Positions 27,321-39,980 of a DNA stretch of 64,000 bases are shown here, one piece after another. The notes under the pieces are model-generated. The model ran no database searches. It saw only the letters and a program-made list of their open reading frames with translations, and had not been told where the DNA came from. This stretch comes from the human T2T-CHM13v2.0 reference genome, Homo sapiens: the NCBI RefSeq assembly GCF_009914755.1, contig NC_060943.1. One strand, written 5' to 3'. The translations under genes and the position numbers were made by a program. Position 1 is the stretch's first letter. Every line of letters begins with the position of its first letter.

Positions 27321-30300
27321 TAACTGCCTTGTGTTGTGTGTATTCAACTCACAGAGTTGAACGATCCTTTACACAGAGCAGACTTGAAACACTCTTTTTG
27401 TGGAACTTGCAAGTGGAGATTTCAGCCGCTTTGAGGTCAATGGTAGAATAGGAAATATCTTCCTATAGAAACTAGACAGAATGATTCTCAGAAACTCCTT
27501 TGTGATGTGTGCGTTCAACTCACAGAGTTTAACCTTTCTTTTCATAGAGCAGTTAGGAAACACTCTGTTTGTAAAGTCTGCAAGTGGATATTCAGACATC
27601 CTTGAGGCTTTCGTTGGAAACGGGATTTCTTCATATTCTGCTAGAAAGAAGAATTCTCAGTAACTTCCTTGTGTTGTGTGTATTCAACTCACAGAGTTGA
27701 ACGATCCTTTACACAGAGCAGACTTGAAACACTCTTTTTGTTGAATTTGAAAGTGGAGATTTCAGCCGCTTTTACGTCAATGGTAGAATAGGAAATATCT
27801 TCCTATAGAAACTAGACAGAATGATTCTCAGAAACTCCTTTGTGATGTGTGCGTTCATCTCACAGAATTTAACCTTTCTTTTCATAGAGCAGTTAGGAAA
27901 CACTCTGTTTGTAAAGTCTGCAAGTGGATATTTAGACATCTTTGAGGCCTTCGTTGGAAACGGGATTTCTTCATGTTCTGCTAGACAGAAGAATTCTCAG
28001 AAACTTCCTTGTGTTGTGTGATTTCAACTCACAGAGTTGAACGATGCTTTACACAGAGTAGACTTGAAACACTCTTTTTGTGTAATTTGCAAGTGGAGAT
28101 TTCAGCCGCTTTGAGGTCAATGGTAGAAAAGGAAATATCTTCGTATAAAAACTAGACAGAATGATTCTCAGAAACTCCTTTGTGATGTGTGCGTTCAACT
28201 CACAGAGTTTAACCTTTCTTTTCATAGAGCAGTTAGGAAACACTCTGTTTGTAAAGTCTGCAAGTGGATATTCAGACCTCCTTGAGGCCTTCGTTGGAAA
28301 CGGGATTTCTTCATATTATGCTAGACAGAAGAATTCTCAGTAACTTCCTTGTGTTGTGTGTATTCAACTCACAGAGTTGAACGATCCTTTACACAGAGCA
28401 GACTTGAAACACTCTTTTTGTGGAATTTGCAAGTGGAGATTTCAGCCGCTTTGAGTTCAATGGTAGAATAGGAAATATCTTCCTATAGAAACTAGACAGA
28501 ATGATTCTCAGAAACTCCTTTGTGATGTGTGCGTTCAACTCACAGAGTTCAACCTTTCTTTTCATAGAGCAGTTGGGAAACACTCTGTTTGTAAAGTCTG
28601 CAAGTGGATATTCAGACTTCTTTGAGGCCTTCGTTGGAAGCGGGATTTCTTCATGTTCTGCTAGACAGAAGAATTCTCAGTAACTGCCTTGTGTTGTGTG
28701 TATTCAACTCACAGAGTTGAACGATCCTTTACACAGAGCAGACTTGAAACACTCCTTTTGTGGAATTTGCAAGTGGAGATTTCAGCCGCTTTGAGGTCAA
28801 TGGTAGAATAGGAAATATCTTCCTATAGAAACTAGACAGAATGATTCTCAGAAACTCCTTTGTGATGTGTGCGTTCAACTCACAGAGTTTAACCTTTCTT
28901 TTCATAGAGCAGTTAGGAAACACTCTGTTTGTAAAGTCTGCAAGTGGATATTCAGACATCCTTGAGGCTTTCGTTGGAAACGGGATTTCTTCATATTCTG
29001 CTGGAAAGAAGAATTCTCAGTAACTTCCTTGTGTTGTGTGTATTCAACTCACAGAGTTGAACGATCCTTTACACAGAGCAGACTTGAAACACTCTTTTTG
29101 TGGAATTTGCAAGTGGAGATTTCAGCCGCTTTGAGTTCAATGGTAGAATAGGAAATATCTTCCTATAGAAACTAGACAGAATGATTCTCAGAAACTCCTT
29201 TGTGATGTGTGCGTTCAACTCACAGGGTTCAACCTTTCTTTTCATAGAGCAGTTGGGAAACACTCTGTTTGTAAAGTCTGCAAGTGGATATTCAGACTTC
29301 TTTGAGGCCTTCGTTGGAAGCGGGATTTCTTCATGTTCTGCTAGACAGAAGAATTCTCAGTAACTGCCTTGTGTTGTGTGTATTCAACTCACAGAGTTGA
29401 ACGATCCTTTACACAGAGCAGACTTGAAACACTCCTTTTGTGGAATTTGCAAGTGGAGATTTCAGCCGCTTTGAGGTCAATGGTAGAATAGGAAATATCT
29501 TCCTATAGAAACTAGACAGAATGATTCTCAGAAACTCCTTTGTGATGTGTGTGTTCAACTCACAGAGTTTATCCTTTCTTTTCATAGAGCAGTTAGGAAA
29601 CACTCTGTTTGTAAAGTCTGCAAGTGGATATTCAGACATCCTTGGGGCTTTCGTTGGAAACGGGATTTCTTCATATTCTGCTAGAAAGAAGAATTCTCAG
29701 TAACTTCCTTGTGTTGTGTGTATTCAACTCACAGAGTTGAACGATCCTTTACACAGAGCAGACTTGAAACACTCTTTTTGTGGAATTTGCAAGTGGAGAT
29801 TTCAGCCGCTTTGAGTTCAATGGTAGAATAGGAAATATCTTCCTATAGAAACTAGACAGAATGATTCTCAGAAACTCCTTTGTGATATGTGCGTTCAACT
29901 CACAGAGTTCAACCTTTCTTTTCATAGAGCAGTTGGGAAACACTCTGTTTGTAAAGTCTGCAAGTGGATATTCAGACTTCTTTGAGGCCTTCGTTGGAAG
30001 CGGGATTTCTTCATGTTCTGCTGGACAGAAGAATTCTCAGTAACTGCCTTGTGTTGTGTGTATTCAACTCACAGAGTTGAACGATCCTTTACACAGAGCA
30101 GACTTGAAACACTCTTTTTGTGGCATTTGCAAGTCTAGATTTCAGCCGCTTTGAGTTCAATGGTAGAATAGGAAATATCTTCCTATAGAAACTAGAAAGA
30201 ATGATTCTCAGAAACTCCTTTGTGATGTGTGCGTTCAACTCACAGAGTTCAACCTTTCTTTTCATAGAGCAGTTGGGAAACACTCTGTTTGTAAAGTCTG

Positions 30301-33140
30301 CAAGTGGATATTCAGACTTCTTTGAGGCCTTCGTTGGAAGCGGGATTTCTTCATATTCTGCTAGACAGAAGAATTCTCAGTAACTGCCTTGTGTTGTGTG
30401 TATTCAACTCACAGAGTTGAACGATCCTTTACACAGAGCAGACTTGAAACACTCTTTTTGTGGAACTTGCAAGTGGAGATTTCAGCCGCTTTGAGGTCAA
30501 TGGTAGAATAGGAAATATCTTCCTATAGAAACTAGACAGAATGATTCTCAGAAACTCCTTTGTGATGTGTGCGTTCAACTCACAGAGTTTAACCTTTCTT
30601 TTCATAGAGCAGTTAGGAAACACTCTGTTTGTAAAGTCTGCAAGTGGATATTCAGACATCCTTGAGGCTTTCGTTGGAAACGGGATTTCTTCATATTCTG
30701 CTAGAAAGAAGAATTCTCAGTAACTTCCTTGTGTTGTGTGTATTCAACTCACAGAGTTGAACGATCCTTTACACAGAGCAGACTTGAAACACTCTTTTTG
30801 TTGAATTTGCAAGTGGAGATTTCAGCCGCTTTTACGTCAATGGTAGAATAGGAAATATCTTCCTATAGAAACTAGACAGAATGATTCTCAGAAACTCCTT
30901 TGTGATGTGTGCGTTCATCTCACAGAGTTTAACCTTTCTTTTCATAGAGCAGTTAGGAAACACTCTGTTTGTAAAGTCTGCAAGTGGATATTTAGACATC
31001 TTTGAGGCCTTCGTTGGAAACGGGATTTCTTCATGTTCTGCTAGACAGAAGAATTCTCAGAAACTTCCTTGTGTTGTGTGATTTCAACTCACAGAGTTGA
31101 ACGATGCTTTACACAGAGTAGACTTGAAACACTCTTTTTGTGTAATTTGCAAGTGGAGATTTCAGCCGCTTTGAGGTCAATGGTAGAAAAGGAAATATCT
31201 TCGTATAAAAACTAGACAGAATGATTCTCAGAAACTCCTTTGTGATGTGTGCGTTCAACTCACAGAGTTTAACCTTTCTTTTCATAGAGCAGTTAGGAAA
31301 CACTCTGTTTGTAAAGTCTGCAAGTGGATATTCAGACCTCCTTGAGGCCTTCGTTGGAAACGGGATTTCTTCATATTATGCTAGACAGAAGAATTCTCAG
31401 TAACTTCCTTGTGTTGTGTGTATTCAACTCACAGAGTTGAACGATCCTTTACACAGAGCAGACTTGAAACACTCTTTTTGTGGAATTTGCAAGTGGAGAT
31501 TTCAGCCGCTTTGAGTTCAATGGTAGAATAGGAAATATCTTCCTATAGAAACTAGACAGAATGATTCTCAGAAACTCCTTTGTGATGTGTGCGTTCAACT
31601 CACAGAGTTCAACCTTTCTTTTCATAGAGCAGTTGGGAAACACTCTGTTTGTAAAGTCTGCAAGTGGATATTCAGACTTCTTTGAGGCCTTCGTTGGAAG
31701 CGGGATTTCTTCATGTTCTGCTAGACAGAAGAATTCTCAGTAACTGCCTTGTGTTGTGTGTATTCAACTCACAGAGTTGAACGATCCTTTACACAGAGCA
31801 GACTTGAAACACTCCTTTTGTGGAATTTGCAAGTGGAGATTTCAGCCGCTTTGAGGTCAATGGTAGAATAGGAAATATCTTCCTATAGAAACTAGACAGA
31901 ATGATTCTCAGAAACTCCTTTGTGATGTGTGCGTTCAACTCACAGAGTTTAACCTTTCTTTTCATAGAGCAGTTAGGAAACACTCTGTTTGTAAAGTCTG
32001 CAAGTGGATATTCAGACATCCTTGAGGCTTTCGTTGGAAACGGGATTTCTTCATATTCTGCTGGAAAGAAGAATTCTCAGTAACTTCCTTGTGTTGTGTG
32101 TATTCAACTCACAGAGTTGAACGATCCTTTACACAGAGCAGACTTGAAACACTCTTTTTGTGGAATTTGCAAGTGGAGATTTCAGCCGCTTTGAGTTCAA
32201 TGGTAGAATAGGAAATATCTTCCTATAGAAACTAGACAGAATGATTCTCAGAAACTCCTTTGTGATGTGTGCGTTCAACTCACAGAGTTCAACCTTTCTT
32301 TTCATAGAGCAGTTGGGAAACACTCTGTTTGTAAAGTCTGCAAGTGGATATTCAGACTTCTTTGAGGCCTTCGTTGGAAGCGGGATTTCTTCATGTTCTG
32401 CTAGACAGAAGAATTCTCAGTAACTGCCTTGTGTTGTGTGTATTCAACTCACAGAGTTGAACGATCCTTTACACAGAGCAGACTTGAAACACTCCTTTTG
32501 TGGAATTTGCAAGTGGAGATTTCAGCCGCTTTGAGGTCAATGGTAGAATAGGAAATATCTTCCTATAGAAACTAGACAGAATGATTCTCAGAAACTCCTT
32601 TGTGATGTGTGTGTTCAACTCACAGAGTTTAACCTTTCTTTTCATAGAGCAGTTAGGAAACACTCTGTTTGTAAAGTCTGCAAGTGGATATTCAGACATC
32701 CTTGGGGCTTTCGTTGGAAACGGGATTTCTTCATATTCTGCTAGAAAGAAGAATTCTCAGTAACTTCCTTGTGTTGTGTGTATTCAACTCACAGAGTTGA
32801 ACGATCCTTTACACAGAGCAGACTTGAAACACTCTTTTTGTGGAATTTGCAAGTGGAGATTTCAGCCGCTTTGAGTTCAATGGTAGAATAGGAAATATCT
32901 TCCTATAGAAACTAGACAGAATGATTCTCAGAAACTCCTTTGTGATGTGTGCGTTCAACTCACAGAGTTCAAACTTTCTTTTCATAGAGCAGTTGGGAAA
33001 CACTCTGTTTGTAAAGTCTGCAAGTGGATATTCAGACTTCTTTGAGGCCTTCGTTGGAAGCGGGATTTCTTCATGTTCTGCTGGACAGAAGAATTCTCAG
33101 TAACTGCCTTGTGTTGTGTGTATTCAACTCACAGAGTTGA
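27030..33140 (+). repeat. Tandem duplication of a 9-dimer (3060 bp) unit
   Basis: TGGCATT, GGAACTT, TTTACGTC, CTGGAAAG, GTGTGTTC/CTTGGGGC and CTGGACAG all recur at +3060. Confidence 0.9.
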
Positions 33141-36100
33141 ACGATCCTTTACACAGAGCAGACTTGAAACACTCTTTTTGTGGAATTTGCAAGTGGAGAT
33201 TTCAGCCGCTTTGAGGTCAATGGTAGAATAGGAAATATCTTCCTATAGAAACTAGACAGAATGATTCTCAGAAACTCCTTTGTGATGTGTGCGTTCAACT
33301 CACAGAGTTTAACCTTTCTTTTCATAGAGCAGTTAGGAAACACTCTGTTTGTAAAGTCTGCAAGTGGATATTCAGACCTCCTTAAGGCCTTCGTTGGAAA
33401 CGGGATTTCTTCATATTATGCTAGACAGAAGAATTCTCAGTAACTTCCTTGTGTTGTGTGTATTCAACTCACAGAGTTGAACGATCCTTTACACAGAGCA
33501 GACTTGAAACACTCTTTTTGTGGAATTTGCAAGTGGAGATTTCAGCCGCTTTGAGGTCAATGGTAGAATAGGAAATATCTTCCTATAGAAACTAGACAGA
33601 ATGATTCTGAGAAACTCCTTTGTGATGTCAGCGTTCAACTCACACAGTTTAACCTTTCTTTTCATAGAGCAGTTAGGAAACACTCTGTAAAGTCTGCAAG
33701 TGGATATTCAGACCTCCTTGAGGCCTTCGTTGGAAACGGGATTTCTTCATATTATGCTAGACAGAAGCATTCTCAGTAACTTCCTTGTGTTGTGTGTATT
33801 CAACTCACAGAGTTGAACGATCCTTTACACAGAGCAGACTTGAAACACTCTTTTTGTGGAATTTGCAAGTGGAGATTTCAGCCGCTTTGAGTTCAATGGT
33901 AGAATAGGAAATATCTTCCTATAGAAACTAGACAGAATGATTCTCAGAAACTCCTTTGTGATGTGTGCGTTCAACTCACAGAGTTCAACCTTTCTTTTCA
34001 TAGAGCAGTTGGGAAACACTCTGTTTGTAAAGTCTGCAAGTGGATATTCAGACTTCTTTGAGGCCTTCGTTGGAAGCGGGATTTCTTCATGTTCTGCTAG
34101 ACAGAAGAATTCTCAGAAACTTCCTTGTGTTGTGTGTTTTCAACTCACAGAGTTGAACGATCCTTTACACAGTGCAGACTTGAAACACTCCTTTTGTGGA
34201 ATTTGCAAGTGGAGATTTCAGCCGCTTTGAGGTCAATGGTAGAATAGGAAATATCTTCCTATAGAAAGTAGACAGAATGATTCTCAGAAACTCCTTTGTG
34301 ATGTGTGCGTTCAACTCACAGAGTTTAACCTTTCTTTTCATAGAGCAGTTAGGAAACACTCTGTGTGTAAAGTCTGCAAGTGGATATTCAGACCTCCTTG
34401 AGGCCTTCGTTGGAAACGGTATTTCTTCATATTCTGCTAGACAGAAGAATTCTCAGTAACTTCCTTGTGTTGTGTGTATTCAACTCACAGAGTTGAACGA
34501 TCCTTTACACAGAGCAGACTTGAAACACTCTTTTTGTGGCATTTGCAAGTGGAGATTTCAGCCGCTTTGAGTTCAATGGTAGAATAGGAAATATCTTCCT
34601 ATAGAAACTAGAAAGAATGATTCTCAGAAACTCCTTTGTGATGTGCGCGTTCAACTCACAGAGTTCAACCTTTCTTTTCATAGAGCAGTTGGGAAACACT
34701 CTGTTTGTAAAGTCTGCAAGTGGATATTCAGACTTCTTTGAGGCCTTCGTTGGAAGCGGGATTTCTTCATATTCTGCTAGACAGAAGAATTCTCAGTAAC
34801 TGCCTTGTGTTGTGTGTATTCAACTCACAGAGTTGAACGATCCTTTACACAGAGCAGACTTGAAACACTCTTTTTGTGGAACTTGCAAGTGGAGATTTCA
34901 GCCGCTTTGAGGTCAATGGTAGAATAGGAAATATCTTCCCATAGAAACTAGACAGAATGATTCTCAGAAACTCCTTTGTGATGTGTGCGTTCAACTCACA
35001 GAGTTTAACCTTTCTTTTCATAGAGCAGTTAGGAAACACTCTGTTTGTAAAGTCTGCATGTGGATATTCAGACCTCCTTGAGGCCTTCGTTGGAAACGGG
35101 ATTTCTTCATATTCTGCTAGACAGAAGAATTCTCAGTAACTTCCTTGTGTTGTGTGTATTCAACTCACAGAGTTGAACGATCCTTTACACAGAGCAGACT
35201 TGAAACACTCTTTTTGTGGAATTTGCAAGTGGAGATTTCAGCCGCTTTGAGGTCAATGGTAGAATAGGAAATATCTTCCTATAGAAACTAGACAGAATGA
35301 TTCTCAGAAACTCCTTTGTGATGTGTGCGTTCAACTCACAGAGTTTAACCTTTCTTTTCATAGAGCAGTTAGGAAACACTCTGTTTGTAAAGTCTGCAAG
35401 TGGATATTCAGACATCCTTGAGGCTTTCGTTGGAAACGGGATTTCTTCATATTCTGCTAGAAAGAAGAATTCTCAGTAACTTCCTTGTGTTGTGTGTATT
35501 CAACTCACAGAGTTGAACGATCCTTTACACAGAGCAGACTTGAAACACTCTTTTTGTTGAATTTGCAAGTGGAGATTTCAGCCGCTTTTACGTCAATGGT
35601 AGAATAGGAAATATCTTCCTATAGAAACTAGACAGAATGATTCTCAGAAACTCCTTTGTGATGTGTGCGTTCATCTCACAGAGTTTAACCTTTCTTTTCA
35701 TAGAGCAGTTAGGAAACACTCTGTTTGTAAAGTCTGCAAGTGGATATTTAGACATCTTTGAGGCCTTCGTTGGAAACGGGATTTCTTCATGTTCTGCTAG
35801 ACAGAAGAATTCTCAGAAACTTCCTTGTGTTGTGTGATTTCAACTCACAGAGTTGAACGATGCTTTACACAGAGTAGACTTGAAACACTCTTTTTGTGTA
35901 ATTTGCAAGTGGAGATTTCAGCCGCTTTGAGGTCAATGGTAGAAAAGGAAATATCTTCGTATAAAAACTAGACAGAATGATTCTCAGAAACTCCTTTGTG
36001 ATGTGTGCGTTCAACTCACAGAGTTTAACCTTTCTTTTCATAGAGCAGTTAGGAAACACTCTGTTTGTAAAGTCTGCAAGTGGATATTCAGACCTCCTTG

Positions 36101-39100
36101 AGGCCTTCGTTGGAAACGGGATTTCTTCATATTATGCTAGACAGAAGAATTCTCAGTAACTTCCTTGTGTTGTGTGTATTCAACTCACAGAGTTGAACGA
36201 TCCTTTACACAGAGCAGACTTGAAACACTCTTTTTGTGGAATTTGCAAGTGGAGATTTCAGCCGCTTTGAGTTCAATGGTAGAATAGGAAATATCTTCCT
36301 ATAGAAACTAGACAGAATGATTCTCAGAAACTCCTTTGTGATGTGTGCGTTCAACTCACAGAGTTCAACCTTTCTTTTCATAGAGCAGTTGGGAAACACT
36401 CTGTTTGTAAAGTCTGCAAGTGGATATTCAGACTTCTTTGAGGCCTTCGTTGGAAGCGGGATTTCTTCATGTTCTGCTAGACAGAAGAATTCTCAGTAAC
36501 TGCCTTGTGTTGTGTGTATTCAACTCACAGAGTTGAACGATCCTTTACACAGAGCAGACTTGAAACACTCCTTTTGTGGAATTTGCAAGTGGAGATTTCA
36601 GCCGCTTTGAGGTCAATGGTAGAATAGGAAATATCTTCCTATAGAAACTAGACAGAATGATTCTCAGAAACTCCTTTGTGATGTGTGCGTTCAACTCACA
36701 GAGTTTAACCTTTCTTTTCATAGAGCAGTTAGGAAACACTCTGTTTGTAAAGTCTGCAAGTGGATATTCAGACATCCTTGAGGCTTTCGTTGGAAACGGG
36801 ATTTCTTCATATTCTGCTAGAAAGAAGAATTGTCAGTAACTTCCTTGTGTTGTGTGTATTCAACTCACAGAGTTGAACGATCCTTTACACAGAGCAGACT
36901 TGAAACACTCTTTTTGTGGAATTTGCAAGTGGAGATTTCAGCCGCTTTGAGTTCAATGGTAGAATAGGAAATATCTTCCTATAGAAACTAGACAGAATGA
37001 TTCTCAGAAACTCCTTTGTGATGTGTGCGTTCAACTCACAGAGTTCAACCTTTCTTTTCATAGAGCAGTTGGGAAACACTCTGTTTGTAAAGTCTGCAAG
37101 TGGATATTCAGACTTCTTTGAGGCCTTCGTTGGAAGCGGGATTTCTTCATGTTCTGCTAGACAGAAGAATTCTCAGTAACTGCCTTGTGTTGTGTGTATT
37201 CAACTCACAGAGTTGAACGATCCTTTACACAGAGCAGACTTGAAACACTCCTTTTGTGGAATTTGCAAGTGGAGATTTCAGCCGCTTTGAGGTCAATGGT
37301 AGAATAGGAAATATCTTCCTATAGAAACTAGACAGAATGATTCTCAGAAACTCCTTTGTGATGTGTGTGTTCAACTCACAGAGTTTAACCTTTCTTTTCA
37401 TAGAGCAGTTAGGAAACACTCTGTTTGTAAAGTCTGCAAGTGGATATTCAGACATCCTTGGGGCTTTCGTTGGAAACGGGATTTCTTCATATTCTGCTAG
37501 AAAGAAGAATTCTCAGTAACTTCCTTGTGTTGTGTGTATTCAACTCACAGAGTTGAACGATCCTTTACACAGAGCAGACTTGAAACACTCTTTTTGTGGA
37601 ATTTGCAAGTGGAGATTTCAGCCGCTTTGAGTTCAATGGTAGAATAGGAAATATCTTCCTATAGAAACTAGACAGAATGATTCTCAGAAACTCCTTTGTG
37701 ATGTGTGCGTTCAACTCACAGAGTTCAACCTTTCTTTTCATAGAGCAGTTGGGAAACACTCTGTTTGTAAAGTCTGCAAGTGGATATTCAGACTTCTTTG
37801 AGGCCTTCGTTGGAAGCGGGATTTCTTCATGTTCTGCTGGACAGAAGAATTCTCAGTAACTGCCTTGTGTTGTGTGTATTCAACTCACAGAGTTGAACGA
37901 TCCTTTACACAGAGCAGACTTGAAACACTCTTTTTGTGGAATTTGCAAGTGGAGATTTCAGCCGCTTTGAGGTCAATGGTAGAATAGGAAATATCTTCCT
38001 ATAGAAACTAGACAGAATGATTCTCAGAAACTCCTTTGTGATGTGTGCGTTCAACTCACAGAGTTTAACCTTTCTTTTCATAGAGCAGTTAGGAAACACT
38101 CTGTTTGTAAAGTCTGCAAGTGGATATTCAGACCTCCTTAAGGCCTTCGTTGGAAACGGGATTTCTTCATATTATGCTAGACAGAAGAATTCTCAGTAAC
38201 TTCCTTGTGTTGTGTGTATTCAACTCACAGAGTTGAACGATCCTTTACACAGAGCAGACTTGAAACACTCTTTTTGTGGAATTTGCAAGTGGAGATTTCA
38301 GCCGCTTTGAGGTCAATGGTAGAATAGGAAATATCTTCCTATAGAAACTAGACAGAATGATTCTGAGAAACTCCTTTGTGATGTGAGCGTTCAACTCACA
38401 CAGTTTAACCTTTCTTTTCATAGAGCAGTTAGGAAACACTCTGTAAAGTCTGCAAGTGGATATTCAGACCTCCTTGAGGCCTTCGTTGGAAACGGGATTT
38501 CTTCATATTATGCTAGACAGAAGCATTCTCAGTAACTTCCTTGTGTTGTGTGTATTCAACTCACAGAGTTGAACGATCCTTTACACAGAGCAGACTTGAA
38601 ACACTCTTTTTGTGGAATTTGCAAGTGGAGATTTCAGCCGCTTTGAGTTCAATGGTAGAATAGGAAATATCTTCCTATAGAAACTAGACAGAATGATTCT
38701 CAGAAACTCCTTTGTGATGTGTGCGTTCAACTCACAGAGTTCAACCTTTCTTTTCATAGAGCAGTTGGGAAACACTCTGTTTGTAAAGTCTGCAAGTGGA
38801 TATTCAGACTTCTTTGAGGCCTTCGTTGGAAGCGGGATTTCTTCATGTTCTGCTAGACAGAAGAATTCTCAGAAACTTCCTTGTGTTGTGTGTTTTCAAC
38901 TCACAGAGTTGAACGATCCTTTACACAGTGCAGACTTGAAACACTCCTTTTGTGGAATTTGCAAGTGGAGATTTCAGCCGCTTTGAGGTCAATGGTAGAA
39001 TAGGAAATATCTTCCTATAGAAAGTAGACAGAATGATTCTCAGAAACTCCTTTGTGATGTGTGCGTTCAACTCACAGAGTTTAACCTTTCTTTTCATAGA

Positions 39101-39980
39101 GCAGTTAGGAAACACTCTGTGTGTAAAGTCTGCAAGTGGATATTCAGACCTCCTTGAGGCCTTCGTTGGAAACGGTATTTCTTCATATTCTGCTAGACAG
39201 AAGAATTCTCAGTAACTTCCTTGTGTTGTGTGTATTCAACTCACAGAGTTGAACGATCCTTTACACAGAGCAGACTTGAAACACTCTTTTTGTGGCATTT
39301 GCAAGTGGAGATTTCAGCCGCTTTGAGTTCAATGGTAGAATAGGAAATATCTTCCTATAGAAACTAGAAAGAATGATTCTCAGAAACTCCTTTGTGATGT
39401 GTGCGTTCAACTCACAGAGTTCAACCTTTCTTTTCATAGAGCAGTTGGGAAACACTCTGTTTGTAAAGTCTGCAAGTGGATATTCAGACTTCTTTGAGGC
39501 CTTCGTTGGAAGCGGGATTTCTTCATATTCTGCTAGACAGAAGAATTCTCAGTAACTGCCTTGTGTTGTGTGTATTCAACTCACAGAGTTGAACGATCCT
39601 TTACACAGAGCAGACTTGAAACACTCTTTTTGTGGAACTTGCAAGTGGAGATTTCAGCCGCTTTGAGGTCAATGGTAGAATAGGAAATATCTTCCTATAG
39701 AAACTAGACAGAATGATTCTCAGAAACTCCTTTGTGATGTGTGCGTTCAACTCACAGAGTTTAACCTTTCTTTTCATAGAGCAGTTAGGAAACACTCTGT
39801 TTGTAAAGTCTGCATGTGGATATTCAGACCTCCTTGAGGCCTTCGTTGGAAACGGGATTTCTTCATATTCTGCTAGACAGAAGAATTCTCAGTAACTTCC
39901 TTGTGTTGTGTGTATTCAACTCACAGAGTTGAACGATCCTTTACACAGAGCAGACTTGAAACACTCTTTTTGTGGAATTT
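30470..39980 (+). repeat. Tandem duplication of a 14-dimer (4756 bp) unit
   Basis: The TTTACGTC cluster, CTTGGGGC, CTGGACAG, the 4-bp deletion, CAGTGCAG, AACGGTA and TGCATGTGG recur at +4756 (30881/35637, 33937/38693, 34957/39713). Confidence 0.92.
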
